64,000 bases of DNA from Eledone cirrhosa. Lineage: Eukaryota. The position numbers were made by a program, and so were the translations under genes. Below the pieces are notes generated by a model. It worked only from the letters and a program-made list of their open reading frames with translations, had not been told where the DNA came from and made no database searches. Below, in pieces: positions 26,240-39,500 of the stretch. The stretch covers positions 204,724,001 through 204,788,000 of the forward strand of contig OZ024740.1 in NCBI GenBank assembly GCA_964016885.1. The letters are read 5' to 3'. Positions within the stretch are counted from its first letter, which is position 1. Each line of letters begins with the position of its first letter.

Positions 26240-26520
26240 GTTGATGTGTTGTTTCCTTGGTCAAGACGCTTTATTTCACATTGCTCCAGTTTACTCAGCT
26301 GTAGAAATGAGATGATAGGGACAGGGGTCCCTATCATTCCACTGCAAAGTGGTCGTGGAGGTGCCACGGCAAAAAAGCACCCAGCACTCACTGTAAATGA
26401 GGTTGGTGTTAGGAAGGGCATCCAGCTGTAGAAATCAAGCCAGAATCAGTTCCCGTCCCACCCTTGCAAGCAGGGAAAAAGAGGGCGTAAAATGAAATGA
26501 TGATGATGATGAAATGATGA
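26240..26520 (+). mobile_element. 5'-truncated SINE (CORE-like domain plus RTE-like tail)
   Basis: Near-identical to 30840-31117. Confidence 0.8.
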
Positions 26521-26799
26521 TATATATATATATATATTAAAACAACAACAGAAGGCCGGACTGGAAAATATACTTTAGAATTTTAATTCCATGAAAGCAC
26601 TATACATATTTTGATCCAATTATGATGCAAGACAAGATGATTCCATCAGGTGTTATTTGCAGAATTATGTAACAGGATTACATTGAACCCAAACATAGAA
26701 TAGAAGATAGGAGATGTGTGTGTGTGTTTACTGTTTGTTTATGTCCCATAATTTAGTAGTTTGATAAATAAAGAAATAAAGCTTAATAAAATATGTACC

Positions 26800-27000
26800 A
26801 GACAGATCTCCTAACACACCTGCACACATCAGGTTTCCAGAGAAGAACTCTGCCAGTAGGTTCACTGTGACATGTCACATATCCAGCTAACGCAAGCCTC
26901 CATAGCTTTATGATGTCAGAAAGGTGAGGATGTGAACCATAGAGTGATTTATTTGTTACACGTCCTTTCCATGAGATATTCTGGACCTTTCTCAGCATAT
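26800..27000 (-). mobile_element. RTE-clade LINE 3' fragment
   Basis: MLRKVQNISWKGRVTNKSLYG..LSDIIKLWRLALAGYV..LLWKP. Confidence 0.8.
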
Positions 27001-27800
27001 TGAACCTTCCCCCAGCATACTGAACCTTCCCCCAGCATACTGAACCTTCCCCCAGCATACTGAACCTTCCCCCAGCATACTGGACCTTTCTCAGCTTACT
27101 GAACCTTTCTCAGCATACTGAACCTTCCCTCAGCATACTGAACCTTCCCTCAGCATACTGAACCTTCCCCCAGCATACTGGACCTTTCTCAGCTTACTGA
27201 ACCTTTATCAGCATACTGAACCTTCCCCCAGCATACTGAACCTTCCCCCAGCATACTGAACCTTCCCCCAGCATACTGAACCTTCCCCCAGCATACTGGA
27301 CCTTTCTCAGCTTACTGAACCTTTCTCAGCATACTGAACCTTCCCTCAGCATACTGAACCTTCCCTCAGCATACTGAACCTTCCCCCAGCATACTGGACC
27401 TTTCTCAGCTTACTGAACCTTTATCAGCATACTGAACCTTCCCCCAGCATACTGAACCTTCCCCCAGCATACTGAACCTTCCCCCAGCATACTGAACCTT
27501 CCCCCAGCATACTGAACCTTCCCCCAGCATACTGAACCTTTCTCAGCTTACTGAACCTTTCTCAGCATACTGAACCTTCCCTCGGCATACTGAACCTTCC
27601 CCCAGCATACTGAACCTTTCTCAGCTTACTGAACCTTTCTCAGCATACTGAACCTTCCCTCAGCATACTGAACCTTCCCCCAGCATACTGAACCTTTCTC
27701 AGCTTACTGAACCTTTATCAGCATACTGAACCTTCCCCCAGCATACTGAACCTTCCTCAGCATACTGTACCTTTTTCAGTATACTGAACCTTTCTCAGTA
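26982..27800. repeat. 19-20-bp minisatellite (ACTGAACCTTCCCCCAGCAT), ~41 units
   Basis: Direct reading. Confidence 0.97.
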
Positions 27801-28191
27801 CATGCTATTGATCTTTGTAAAGTTATTGAGGTTTAATAAGATTAAAACATGTCTAGAGTAGTTGTCACTGTACTGCCAAGATCAGATTCAATTCCTCAAT
27901 CCATTGTCTAAATTTTATCTTTAATTAATTAAAACTTCAGAGTTGTCTTTCTTGGCTCTCTTGTCAAGAACTGAACACTTAATTAATAATTGTTTGCTTC
28001 GCCACAGCTTTAATATTTATTAATTAAAATTGTTTGACAAAATACATTAAGTCATTAGCACTGGCCTTTGGATTACAGATATAATCTATCTGATGGACTT
28101 CCAAACAGTTTCCATTTACCCAATTTCATTCACAAGGTCTGGGTTACACCGAGGCTGTGGTAAATGACATTTACTCAAGATGTCATGTAGT

Positions 28192-28510
28192 CAGGGCCAG
28201 ATTTAATAGGGGGGAGGGCAATTGCCCCAGGCCCCCTGCAGTGGGAGGCCCCACCAGCGACAGTCGTAGCAATTTATTTGTGCCCTCAGTTGGGCTTTTT
28301 AGTTTTAGAATGGTTAGAACTTTTTAATTTAATACTTGTATGCATAACTTTTCAATTCCAATTACTTAAGCCAAGCTTTGATAAGTAAAACTGGGGGAGG
28401 GAGTTGAGTATTCTAATTTTTTTGTGTTGAGAGGAGCCCACAAACCTGAAGTGCCCCTAGCCTCCCAAACCTGAAATGCCCTGGGTCGCCAAGGTCTAAA
28501 TCCAATCCTG
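28192..28510. mobile_element. hAT-like MITE (same family as 8944-9271) inside a SINE
   Basis: CAGGGCCAGATTTA ... TAAATCCAATCCTG; TSD not clear. Confidence 0.7.
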
Positions 28511-29054
28511 TGGCATTGAACCATGCATCTAATGATTATGAAGCGAACTCTTTAACCACTCAGCCATGCTTGTATCAATATGAGAAAGGCATGAACACTA
28601 CACAATCACATTTCTATTCTCAACTATAAATCTAAGGCTATGTTTGTAATCGATAATGAAATTCAATGCTGACATGATAGAGTGTCATTGAACTCAACAC
28701 AGAGCAATGTGATTGACTTGTAAATAGGTGATCAATATTGCTGTAATGTGTATAAGAAAATCAATACAATATTAGATTTGCCTTTTTATACAGTGTTGGC
28801 TTCCCATTCACTTCTTCGACTGATCATAGTTTGCTTATAAAACCACACACGCGCACACATATGCACACACACACACACACACACACATGCACGCACCCAC
28901 ACACACACGTGTGCACCCACATACGCACATGAGCCAATAAGTGAACATCTATTCAGTGGCTCAACCTGCTAGAAACAGCAGCCAAATCCTGATGCTAACC
29001 TATACTTTATATTTAAATTTGCCCACATTTTTCAACTTTTATTTATAACAATTG

Positions 29055-29405
29055 TCTTTTCATCCTTACGGGGTCGATAAAATAAAGCACCAGTAACATA
29101 CTGGGGTCGATTTAAACGACTTTTTCCTCCCCAAAAATTGCTGGCCTTGTGCCTATATAAGAAATCATTATTATAGTAATTTACATTGGGATGACTACAA
29201 TTCGAATATATTTATATATAATTGTTTCTATTTTTGGCACAAGGCCAGCAATTACGCAGTGCATTACTGGTACGTTATCGACCCGGTAGGCATGAAAAGC
29301 AAAGTTAACCTTGGCGGGATTTGAACTCAGAATGGCAAGGGCCGTAACTCGATGCGTCAAAGCATGGCCTCCGACCCTCTACCGATACTGCCAATATCCA
29401 CCATA
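29055..29405. mobile_element. Two Deu/Nin-like SINE copies in tail-to-tail orientation
   Basis: 29055-29170 on plus, 29220-29405 on minus. Confidence 0.75.
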
Positions 29406-29748
29406 TATTTATATATAATGTGGTTCATAATAACATATACATGGGGACAGATGAACAAAAGCAACCAACTTCCTCATCAGCCACACCCTTGTCAATGCAG
29501 TTTCATGCATAAGTGTTGTATTGCTTAATTTTGATCCCAGGCTGCACAATGACTTAGAACAAGGAAAGGTGTATATGAGACAACAAAACAACATAGCAGC
29601 AGGTGTTCAATATTATGTAATACCACCTTTATGCTCGAAATTGCATTGCTAATGAGAAAGGTAAATGCTTTTATTCATTGGTCGTATGTATTTTGTTTAT
29701 TGGGTTTTTTTCTTATGCAACTTTGCTATGTATATATATATATATATG

Positions 29749-30355
29749 TGATTAAGACGAAGTATCTGGTAGAGAACATTAAGAAGCCAGAGAAGATTAT
29801 AGATGCAGACAGAAAGCCACTAGAGTGGGTTGGGGACTTCCTGTATCTGGGAGCAAAAATTGGGAACACAGAGGAGGATATGATCGAGAGGAAGAGCACA
29901 GCCTGGGCAGCGTGCCACAGTTTGAGATCAGTGTGGAAGCCACACCTTCATAAAGACCTGAAGATCCATCTCTTCATTGCTACAGTGGAGTCTGTGCTAA
30001 TGGGTCTGAGATATGGACATTGACCAAGAAACTCACTCAGATGGTGGATGGGTGCTACACGAGAATGCTGAAGATGGTTCTGAACATTGATCAGTATACA
30101 CTGAGGATGAAGTACTCAAAACTGTACGGGAGCCTCCCAAAAGTCAGCTCGAAAGTAACACAGAGGAGACTGAGGTTAGCTGGACATGCTCACCAACATT
30201 CAGAGTTTAGACTGCACTCAGTGCTCCTGTTGGAACCCCTACATGGACACACTAGAAAAGGGAGACCGAGGTTGACATATATTGATACCCTAAGGACAGA
30301 CACTGGTCTCTGGGAAACACAGGACATGATGGCGATGATGAAAGACAGACCCACC
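29749..30355 (+). mobile_element. RTE-clade LINE 3' ORF fragment between (TA)n tracts
   Basis: LEWVGDFLYLG, KIHLFIATVESVL, VDGCYTRMLK, RRLRLAGH, GRPRLTYID. Confidence 0.88.
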
Positions 30356-30766
30356 CTAGATATATATATAATATATTGGACCTCGCCTTTTTAAATTGGA
30401 TTTTCACCCCGAAACAGGATAACAGCCCAGAGTATACCTGAACTTCCACCAGGAAATCTTTTGTATCACTGAAATGTTTTTGCTTCTTGCATTTAAATAT
30501 TCCACGACTCTATTACTTTTCCTCTACTACAATCTTCTTAAACCACCTTCTTCTCATCCGTTTATTTTTCACTCCCACCCTAGTACCTTCATTTCCAATT
30601 CCAGCCTGCCCGTCCCTTCAATCTATCTTATTTCTCATTCATTCTTCTGATGAAACATTAAGACCCTCTTCCTACTATTTCAAGCGTTAACCTGATATAT
30701 TCCTTCCATATATTGTACCGATTGTATTGTTATTTCTGTTTACCTTTTACATATATATATATATAC

Positions 30767-31117
30767 AGGAGGCACATGGCTTAGTGGTTAGAGCATTGGC
30801 CTTGCAATCGAAAGGTTGTGAGTTCAATTCTCAGACCGGGTGATGTGTTGTGTACTTGAGCAAGACACTTTATTTCACATTGCTCCAGTTTACTCAGCTG
30901 TAGAAATGAGATGATAGGGACTGGGGTCCCTATCATGCCACTGTAAAGTGGACGTGTAGGCGCCACGGCAAAAAGGCACCCAGCACTCACTCTAAATGAG
31001 GTTGGTGTTAGGAAGAGCATCCAGCTGTAGAAATCAAGCCAGAATTAGTTCCCGTCCCACCCTTGCAAGCAGGGAAAAGCGGACGTAAAATGATGATGAT
31101 GATGATGATGATGATGA
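30767..31117 (+). mobile_element. Full-length tRNA-derived SINE with CORE-like domain and (ATG)n tail
   Basis: A-box TGGCTTAGTGG, B-box GAGTTCAATTC, gtgtacttgagcaagacactt, gttggtgttaggaagagcatccagctgtagaaa, (ATG)n tail. Confidence 0.85.
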
Positions 31118-31138
31118 TATATATATATATGTATGTAT

Positions 31139-31170
<32 letters not shown>

Positions 31171-31400
31171 GGGGTGAGCATAAAGTCTTTCCCTGATTAT
31201 AAAATACCATATCTCAGATACTGTTTCAGATTTTACTTTATCATTGTTTTAATTCATAAATTTCAAGTTTTTCTGAACATGTTTTACATTTTCTCTTCTA
31301 CAGGAAGTAGTAATTTTCAGTAACAAAATGACATCTATGACACAAAAAGCTCAGTGTGTTTTGTGGTTTATATTCAGGGAAAGACTTTATGCTCACCCTG
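31171..31400. mobile_element. Tc1/mariner internal-deletion MITE
   Basis: TIR GGGTGAGCATAAAGTCTTTCCCTGA / TCAGGGAAAGACTTTATGCTCACCCTG|TA; keeps a transposase-like start MTSMTQKAQCVLWF at 31328. Confidence 0.8.
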
Positions 31401-31726
31401 TATATATATATGAAAAGATTCAGAACCCCGACGGCTGAGCTCCGGCCTTTTCGACAGCTAACGTCCACCTTCCATGCAGGTTATCCCATTTGAAGCAAGT
31501 TGGGTTAGGTGACCGTATTCTGCTAAAACAGAACTGTTTCTGGCTAGATTTCTACAGCTGGATGCCCTTCCTAATGCCAACCACATTTACAGTGTGTGCT
31601 GGATGCTTTTTGTTGTGACACCTACACAACCACATTACAGTGTGGGCTGGATGCTTTTTGTCATGACACCTACACAACCACATTACAGCATGTGCTGGAT
31701 GCTTTTTGTCATGATACCAGCATAAG

Positions 31727-31784
<58 letters not shown>

Positions 31785-31837
31785 GGAAAAAATGAAACGA
31801 TATTTCATTTCCCACTCTTAGTACGGCTGTTACTTAA

Positions 31838-32031
31838 ATATAAGTATGTACACGTACATACATATATGTATACCGACGTACAGTAGTATGTATATATATA
31901 TATACATACATGCACACATATATATATGTTCGGTGAATCCATACGTGCATATATATATGTGTGCATGTATGTATATATATATATACATACTACTGTACGT
32001 CGGTATACATATATGTATGTACGTGTACATA

Positions 32032-32038
<7 letters not shown>
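31838..32038. repeat. Perfect hairpin: ~91-bp arms, 19-bp loop, abutting (TA)n
   Basis: Direct reading. Confidence 0.95.
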
Positions 32039-32083
<45 letters not shown>

Positions 32084-32610
32084 TATATCATCATCATCAT
32101 CATCATCATCATCATATATATATGGAAGCCTTGGAGTTGGGAGACCCAGGAAGACCTGGGATGAAGTGATAAAAGCCGACCTTACCTAATTGCACCTATC
32201 AAAGGCGATGACACAGGACCGAGATCTCTAGCGTTATGTGGTAATAAAGAAGACCCAATTTCCTACAGGCACAGACCAAAGTTGAAGCATATAGAGAGTA
32301 TGCACCACCCCATCCCACCCTTCCATACATCTCCCATGAGGACAGGCCAAAACACTGTAAAGTGGTTGAGATGGTGACACGGTAAAAAGTGCCGAGCCCA
32401 CACTGTAAATTGGCCGTGTAGGTGTCACAATAAAAAACACCCAGCCACACTGTAAATGAGGTTGCCATTAGGACGTCATCCAGCTGTAGAAACCAAGCCA
32501 AAATCAGTTCTGTATGAGCAAGACATGGTCACCTGACCTAACATTGCCCACAACATGACAACATGGAAAAATGGATGTAAAACAGTGATAATGGTGATGA
32601 TGATGATATA

Positions 32611-33271
32611 CTAGCAGAATGGCCCGGCGTTGCTTGGGATTCTAAACATAGATTGGCATGTTTATCCCTCCTTTCTGAAACTACAGAGAAGTACGGAATA
32701 CCTCTAGGGTTCTTATATATTTGATATATATCTATCCTTATTGAGCCTCGTGAAATAAATACGTTTGTTTATATTTTGTTATTGTGTATGCAAAAATATC
32801 TGTACACGTATATATAATTATATATATATATATATTAAAATAACAGATTAAAGTTTAAGCAAAGAATCACTGCTTTCCCCCCTTAACGGGATCTTCTGAA
32901 ACTAAAAAAACCGATCTGTGAACGCAGAAGTAAATATTTCGAAAAACGTTACACACTATATATATATATATATACACACACTATATATACATATATACAC
33001 ACACACAGATAGCGAGACATACACACACATATTATAAGGGCACAACATTATAGTTATGTATCTATCTAAAAAGACAGACTAAGAAAGAGAGAGAGATCGC
33101 TAACCGGTGCCTAATGTGGTCCCTAGGGCATTGAAAATTTGAAATATTGTTTGCTCAAAACACTCACACGAGCATAAGTATTACATGTGTAAAGTTTGAA
33201 AATATCGATTGGGTGGTTCTCGAGTTTTAGGGGGACAGACAAACAGAAATTCTCTGTTTTAGATATATAGA
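32611..33271 (-). mobile_element. Complete non-autonomous Helitron
   Basis: Minus strand: A|TCTATATATCT ... CCCAAGCAACGCCGGG hairpin ... CTAG|T. Confidence 0.85.
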
Positions 33272-33806
33272 TATATATCATCATCATCATCATCATCACC
33301 GTTTTACGCCCTCCGCCCCCCCACTCTCAAGTGTGAACCTAATACCAGCACTGTTCGTAACTGCACTCCTTATTATTGTTTTTTGTTTTTTACATCATAT
33401 ATATATATTAAGCCAGTTGATATTGCAATGCCACCAGAGCCCTATATATTTGTTCAACTTCTTTGTGCTCTGAATTAAAATCTCATCTGGGTCCACTTTG
33501 CTTTTCATCTTTCTGGAGTTAATAAAGAAAATACAAGTTCAGTGCAGCCCTTTCTCCTTTCACCTAAAACGCTTATCTGGTACATAGCATCAAGTCATAC
33601 TTAATTGTGAGGGACCAGAATATAGAAACTGTGTAATATGACAGCTGGAGCCTGATAATGACTGTTGCCTTTATACCAGTTATTGGAACAGGTTGGTTAT
33701 AGTTTTACTTGGAGAGCTAGGTTATGGTTTTGTAGGACATGTTTGAATTTAATTTATAGCTTGTGTGATATGTGTATAGAGTTGAAGCGCGAGTGCATTA
33801 GAAATT

Positions 33807-33919
33807 TATAGAATAATTTGAAACTCATCGCAAAGGAAAACTGCCAAAACAGTAAAATATTGTCAAATGACAACGTTGGGTAAAGACTGGCAGTTTTCCT
33901 TTGCGATGAATTTCAAATT

Positions 33920-33990
<71 letters not shown>

Positions 33991-34163
33991 AGAACAAGAG
34001 ATGGTTAAAAGAGTTCCATGTATTTTATTATGCGCATTTCAAAAACAAATATCATCATGCAATAATATTTGTGTTTTCATCAGATATGATGATATTTGTT
34101 TTTGAAATGCGCATAATAAAATACATGGAACTCTTTTAACCATCTTTTGTTCTTATATATTAT
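33807..34163. repeat. Two different hairpins on either side of one (TA)n tract
   Basis: 33807-33846/33888-33927 and 33981-34058/34086-34163, one mismatch each. Confidence 0.93.
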
Positions 34164-34379
34164 GTATACTCCAGTCCTACAAACTGTAGAGTGCTTCTTA
34201 TCCGATATCTGCATTGCTTTATTGTACTACAATAAAACTCACCTCCTACATATATATATATATATATATCATCATCATCATTGTCATTTACCTTTGCTTT
34301 TCTATGATGGCCTTTGTTGGATTGGTTTTCTCCAGCACAGCTTTCTTTCAATGTTGTTCACCTTGTTCTCATTCTAGAT

Positions 34380-34578
34380 ACTCTGCTTTAAGAGCAACCA
34401 CCTGGTTCCTATATAGGGACAGGTCCTATTCAGCACAACATCTCTCCACTTGTCACGGTCCTTCGTCATCTCCACCATTAGCTCCAGCGATCTGAGGTCT
34501 GCTCTCACCACCTCCACCCATGTTTTTCGTGGTCTTCCTCTACTACATCTTCCTTCAACTGGCATTTCTTCTATGTAC
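34380..34578 (-). mobile_element. RTE LINE 3' end fragment
   Basis: VEGRCSRGRPRKTWVEVVRADL...DRDKWR. Confidence 0.8.
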
Positions 34579-35439
34579 ATATATATGAAGGTTAGCTAAT
34601 AGTAAGAGCACCAGTGAAATAAACATCATCATAGAAGTTGATAGCTTCTCTTATCATGGTGGCCTAGTTCTTATAACTAATTATCTAATTATCTAATTGA
34701 TTGTTTGTAAAGCTAGTTGAGAGCTTTTTTGAGGCTGGGAATAAATCCTTTGTTCACACTTTGAATTTAGCCGGCAAAAGTTTGGTTGATTGACAACCCC
34801 CCCCCCCCCTCTTTTTGAGAAAGGTCACATGATCACACTGCCAAATTTACTGTTACAGCAGACTGCCAGTGTTTTCAAGCAACCGAACAAGTCAGATACC
34901 TCGGAACGAAAAACCTGCCGATGAAAGGATATTCCTGTTCCATCAAATGGTGCATCAATGACTTGCATATACATTATACAACTTGGGGTGTATTTCTTTG
35001 AAATCCCAGAAACCTATCGAAGACTTTTATCGATTCATGTCCTCTCGAGATGGTCCAGGCTAGTGTTCAACCTGTTTTTATATATCGATGTTGTTGTATT
35101 ATTGTGGCAATATGCTTTTGGTCGCTTTATTCTTGGTGTCACATTTTATTGACTTTTTGTGTTTACTCTGGGTGAAAATGTATTAATTTCTCATCTAATT
35201 GAGTGTGTTCATGACTGCCTCTAACAATTCGATGAGTATCTGCTATAGTGCAGCTGCAACTTCAATTATACCCATTATTCTTCACCATCATCATCATCAT
35301 CGTTTAATGTCCATTTGCCATGCTAGCATGGGTTAGACGGGTTGTCCTATTTGAGGCAAGTTGGGTCAGGTGACCATGTCTTACTCATATAGGACTGTTT
35401 CTGGTTTGGTTTCTACAGATGGATGCCCTCCCTAATGCC

Positions 35440-36000
35440 AACCACATTTACAGTGTGAGCTAGGTGCTTTTTTGTCATGACTCCTATACAACCACTTTAC
35501 AGTGCGGGCTGGGTGCTTTTTGTCATGTCACATACATGACCACTTTACAGTGTGGGCTAGGTGCTTTTTTGTCATGACTCCTATACAACCACTTTACAGT
35601 GCGGGCTGGGTGCTTTTTGTCATGTCACATACATGACCACTTTACAGTGTGGGCTAGGTGCTTTTTTGTCATGACTCCTATACAACCACTTTACAGTGCG
35701 GGCTGGGTGCTTTTTGTCATGTCACATACATGACCACTTTACAGTGTGAGCTAGGTGCTTTTTTGTCATGACTCCTATACGACCACTTTACAGTGCGGGC
35801 TGGGTGCTTTTTGTCATGTCACATACATGACCACTTTACAGTGTGAGCTAGGTGCTTTTTTGTCATGACTCCTATATGACCACTTTACAGTGTGGGCTGG
35901 GTGCTTTTTGTCATGTCACATACATGGCCACTTTACAGTGTGTGCAGGGTGCGTTTTGTCATGACACCTACATGACCACGTTACAGTGTGGGCTGGATAT
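35440..36000. repeat. ~42-bp minisatellite with alternating (dimeric ~85-bp) units, inside a SINE body
   Basis: cactttacagtgYgRgctRggtgctttttgtcatg(actcctat|tcacat)ac; 1-3 copies of the same unit occur in many sibling SINEs (17400-17580, 31580-31715). Confidence 0.92.
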
Positions 36001-36296
36001 GTTTTGTTCACAGTGGTGTGGATAGGAGTGGGTATAGTGGTTAAGAGGTGCCTACTAGATGTATGTTTGTGCACAGGAGAAGGTGTGTCTTCTGTATTAC
36101 TGCATCACACCAAATATCTTGATCCTGTGCCATTCACTTTGAGAGGTTCAATATATATATGTGTGTGTTCATGGTGAAACCTCAATGAGATTCTTCCTAT
36201 GTTCTCAAATAGTCTTGTATCAAAAAATCACACATGCAGCAAGAACTCTATGAACTCTAATTGTTTAGAACAGTAGTTATTATTTTTCTTACTGCT

Positions 36297-36516
36297 GGGC
36301 AGTGGATTGGCAGTATTGGTAGAGGGTCCGATGCCAGGCTATGCAGCATAGAGTTACGGCCCTTTATGATCTGAGTTCAAATCCCGCCTAGGTTAACTTT
36401 GCCTTTGATCCTTACTGGGTTGATAAAATAAAGTACCAGTCACGCACTGGGGTCGATTTAATCGACTTTCCCCTTCCCCAAAATTGCTGGCCTTGTGCCT
36501 ATATAAGAAACCATTA
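36297..36516 (+). mobile_element. Full-length Deu/Nin-like tRNA SINE
   Basis: TGGCAGTATTGG A-box-like, GAGTTCAAATCC B-box, conserved central domain. Confidence 0.8.
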
Positions 36517-39500
36517 TTTTTCTTACCTCTAAAAAACCAAACTTCAATCATGAACTCTAACCTATCATTTTATTAATTTTCACGCACATTCATGTTTTGC
36601 AGGTAAATATATGTATTATATGTGTACACAGACACTCGTCCACACACAACCATAAACATTTTCAATTGTTTTTTGTTGTTTTTTTTACACAAACATTTAT
36701 TTTTGAAACCTGTTTCTGTGGGATTCACAAAATAATTCTCTCTTCTCTTCATTTTCACTCCCAACTAGTTTTGAAGTAACAGAATAGCTTTTAGATCACA
36801 ACAGCTTAAACCCACTTAGGTATGCAACTCAAACATATTAGCAGACATACATGCTACTTGCAATTGCACATACAGCAACAGCTTTACTTCAATCTAGTCA
36901 TAGTTCCTGATTCACTGTGGAATGCACACTTGGTTTTTTTTAACAGATCTAGAGCAACTCAAGGCTCTGTATACCTAAAGCCGGCTTAGATCCTGATCCC
37001 ATATTTTTCAATCTCTATTCTAGCAGTCCGATTTCGCTACCTCTTTTATCGATCGCTGCTCCTGCATCAACCTGGGTGGGAAACTAATATAGCAAAACCT
37101 CAATGAGATTGTTCCCATGTTCTCAAATAGTCGAATATCAACACACACTGACCTTTAACCTCAGTGAATCAAACTTAGATACCAATTCCTTTGTTTGAAC
37201 TAGTATTGTCGCCATTAGATTTATGGCCTTTGTTTAAAAGGGAAGGGCATCTGTTTAATGTTTCTGGGGACCCATCCCTATAAATATAAGAAATTTTAGC
37301 CCCAGATAGCACAGTTTGCCTTTTCACTCAGTCACAGATAGATTCTTGCTCACCTCTAAATTGGCCAAGCAGTTCTGACCTATGTGGTCAGCTGTTCTGG
37401 CCAAACATAACAACTTCAATCATGATTCAACCTACTTAACACACTACAATTATATGTGTGCCTTTTACCATTGTTCTATTGCAAACCATTCAAACAATAA
37501 AAACATATAAATATTAGCAGTGTTGTGTTCATTTGTAAATTCATATCAGTGCGATTAGGGTAAATTGTCTTCCCCGCGGCAATATCACATCACTACAAGT
37601 GACTACAACTACTGGTTTCATTAACTATGGCCAGACTTCACAGCAACAATTCTCTTGACTAACTAAGACACACTTCACTCACTTGCCATGGACTTGACCA
37701 ACAAACCACTCATGCTCACTGAGACACACTTCATTCACTTGCCATGGACTTGACCAACAAACCACTCATTCAACTTCATCAACTCATCTTACAACTCCAA
37801 CTACAATACCACAAATGAACCAAGCAATCAACAAAGAAAGAAACAAATTCTCTTACTCCCGTTAAATATATACATATGTGTCTGTGTACAAAATCATGGA
37901 AAAATGGACTTAAAATGAAGTGATGTATATATGTATTTGAAGCGTAGTTGTTTCAACATAAATGACTATAGCAATAGTCTCTCTCTATAAATATCACTGG
38001 TCAACAAATTTTTTGCTAACTTAGGTTTTGTTGTTGTTTTTAGCTAATTTAGAGGTGCTGATTTCGTTTTTAGCTAATTTAGAGGTGCTGATTTCAAGTA
38101 TGGCATCCATTTTTTCCTAACATATTAGGTTTTCATGTTTGTCTTTCGCTCAACTATCCCATAAACACAGGAAACATGGTTATCACTGGTCAACAAAATT
38201 TTGCTTTTTTTTCTGCTGACCAAAGTTTGAGACATGTTCTTGAGTAATTTGAGGCCACTGAGTTTTAAAATGACAATATTTTTTTTCTACCAGTTTTTTT
38301 ATTTATGGGCTGGTCCATATCTACAAGGTCAATACACTTTTTTGCTGACTTTTATTGTTGAGGTGCTGATTTCAAACATGGCATCCATTTTTTCCTAACA
38401 CATCAGGTTTTCATTCTATAGCACATCCCTATCTTATGAACTGTATGAATAATATAATTTACTTAGGAAGGATTACTAAGACTTATAGCTTGAAAACATA
38501 AGTTATAATGTCAATAGAATCTGACTTGATAAATGAAATATAAGATAACATTACCTTTTATTAAATACATCTTGTTTATTCTCAAATAAAATGGATAAAG
38601 CACAAACAATCGTACACTAACCAACATATTCATGGAACAAATGTTTGCTTATGAGAACACCTGGAGTGTTTCATGTCTACACAGACTCTTTGAATACTCC
38701 AACAGTAGTCTGCCATCATTGATATCTCTACTCCATAACCTTGATATTTTGATGGAAGTGCTTGCCATGCATAGCAGAAAATTCATCGAGATGGCTCTTG
38801 AGAAAATAAATCTTTATACACATGTTGTAGCCTAAAAGAGAGGTTGTCATGTCCTTGACACAACTGAAGAGTCCTCTCGACCTTTTGTTGCATAGTTTCT
38901 ACAGCTGGATGCCCTTTCTATCACCAAACACATTAAAAAGTACACTGGGTACATTAAAGAGTGCACTGGGTACACCAGTACTTGAGAAGTTTCCGTGTTG
39001 TGACTGGGAGACCCTCTCAACTCTTATGATGTATATCATTGTGTTTCTTTCCCAGTATACTCCTGTTAAGTTTACATCTGTTGCCCTGTTCATTAATCTC
39101 TCATCTCTTACCCTCTATCCTAGACACTGTAGCACTCTGCTTGCTTGTGTTATAAGAGCACATTTTTATTACTATCCTATCATGCTGCTCATGTTGTTTT
39201 CTATTCAACCTCCTATCAACTATCAGCAACCAGCCTGTAGCTATCCGTCTTCCTTTCATTTTTCCTATGCGTCTAATCCTAACCCCCCCTGGATTTAGAT
39301 CTGGGGTGGGGCTCGTACACAAAACAAAAAAATTAGAATATACAGCAAACGCTCAATTTTACATATCAAAGTTAGCTTGGCGCAAGTTATACATACAACT
39401 GTTAAAATCAAAAATTCTAACCATCCTAAAACTAAAAAGCCCAGCTGCAAGCACAAATAAATTGCTAGGGCCGTCGCTGGTGCCCCCCACTGCAGGGGAC

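Noticed and set aside
30767-30845. tRNA gene
   Set aside because: A/B boxes are present but run into SINE body and tail; no proper acceptor stem; multi-copy decayed family
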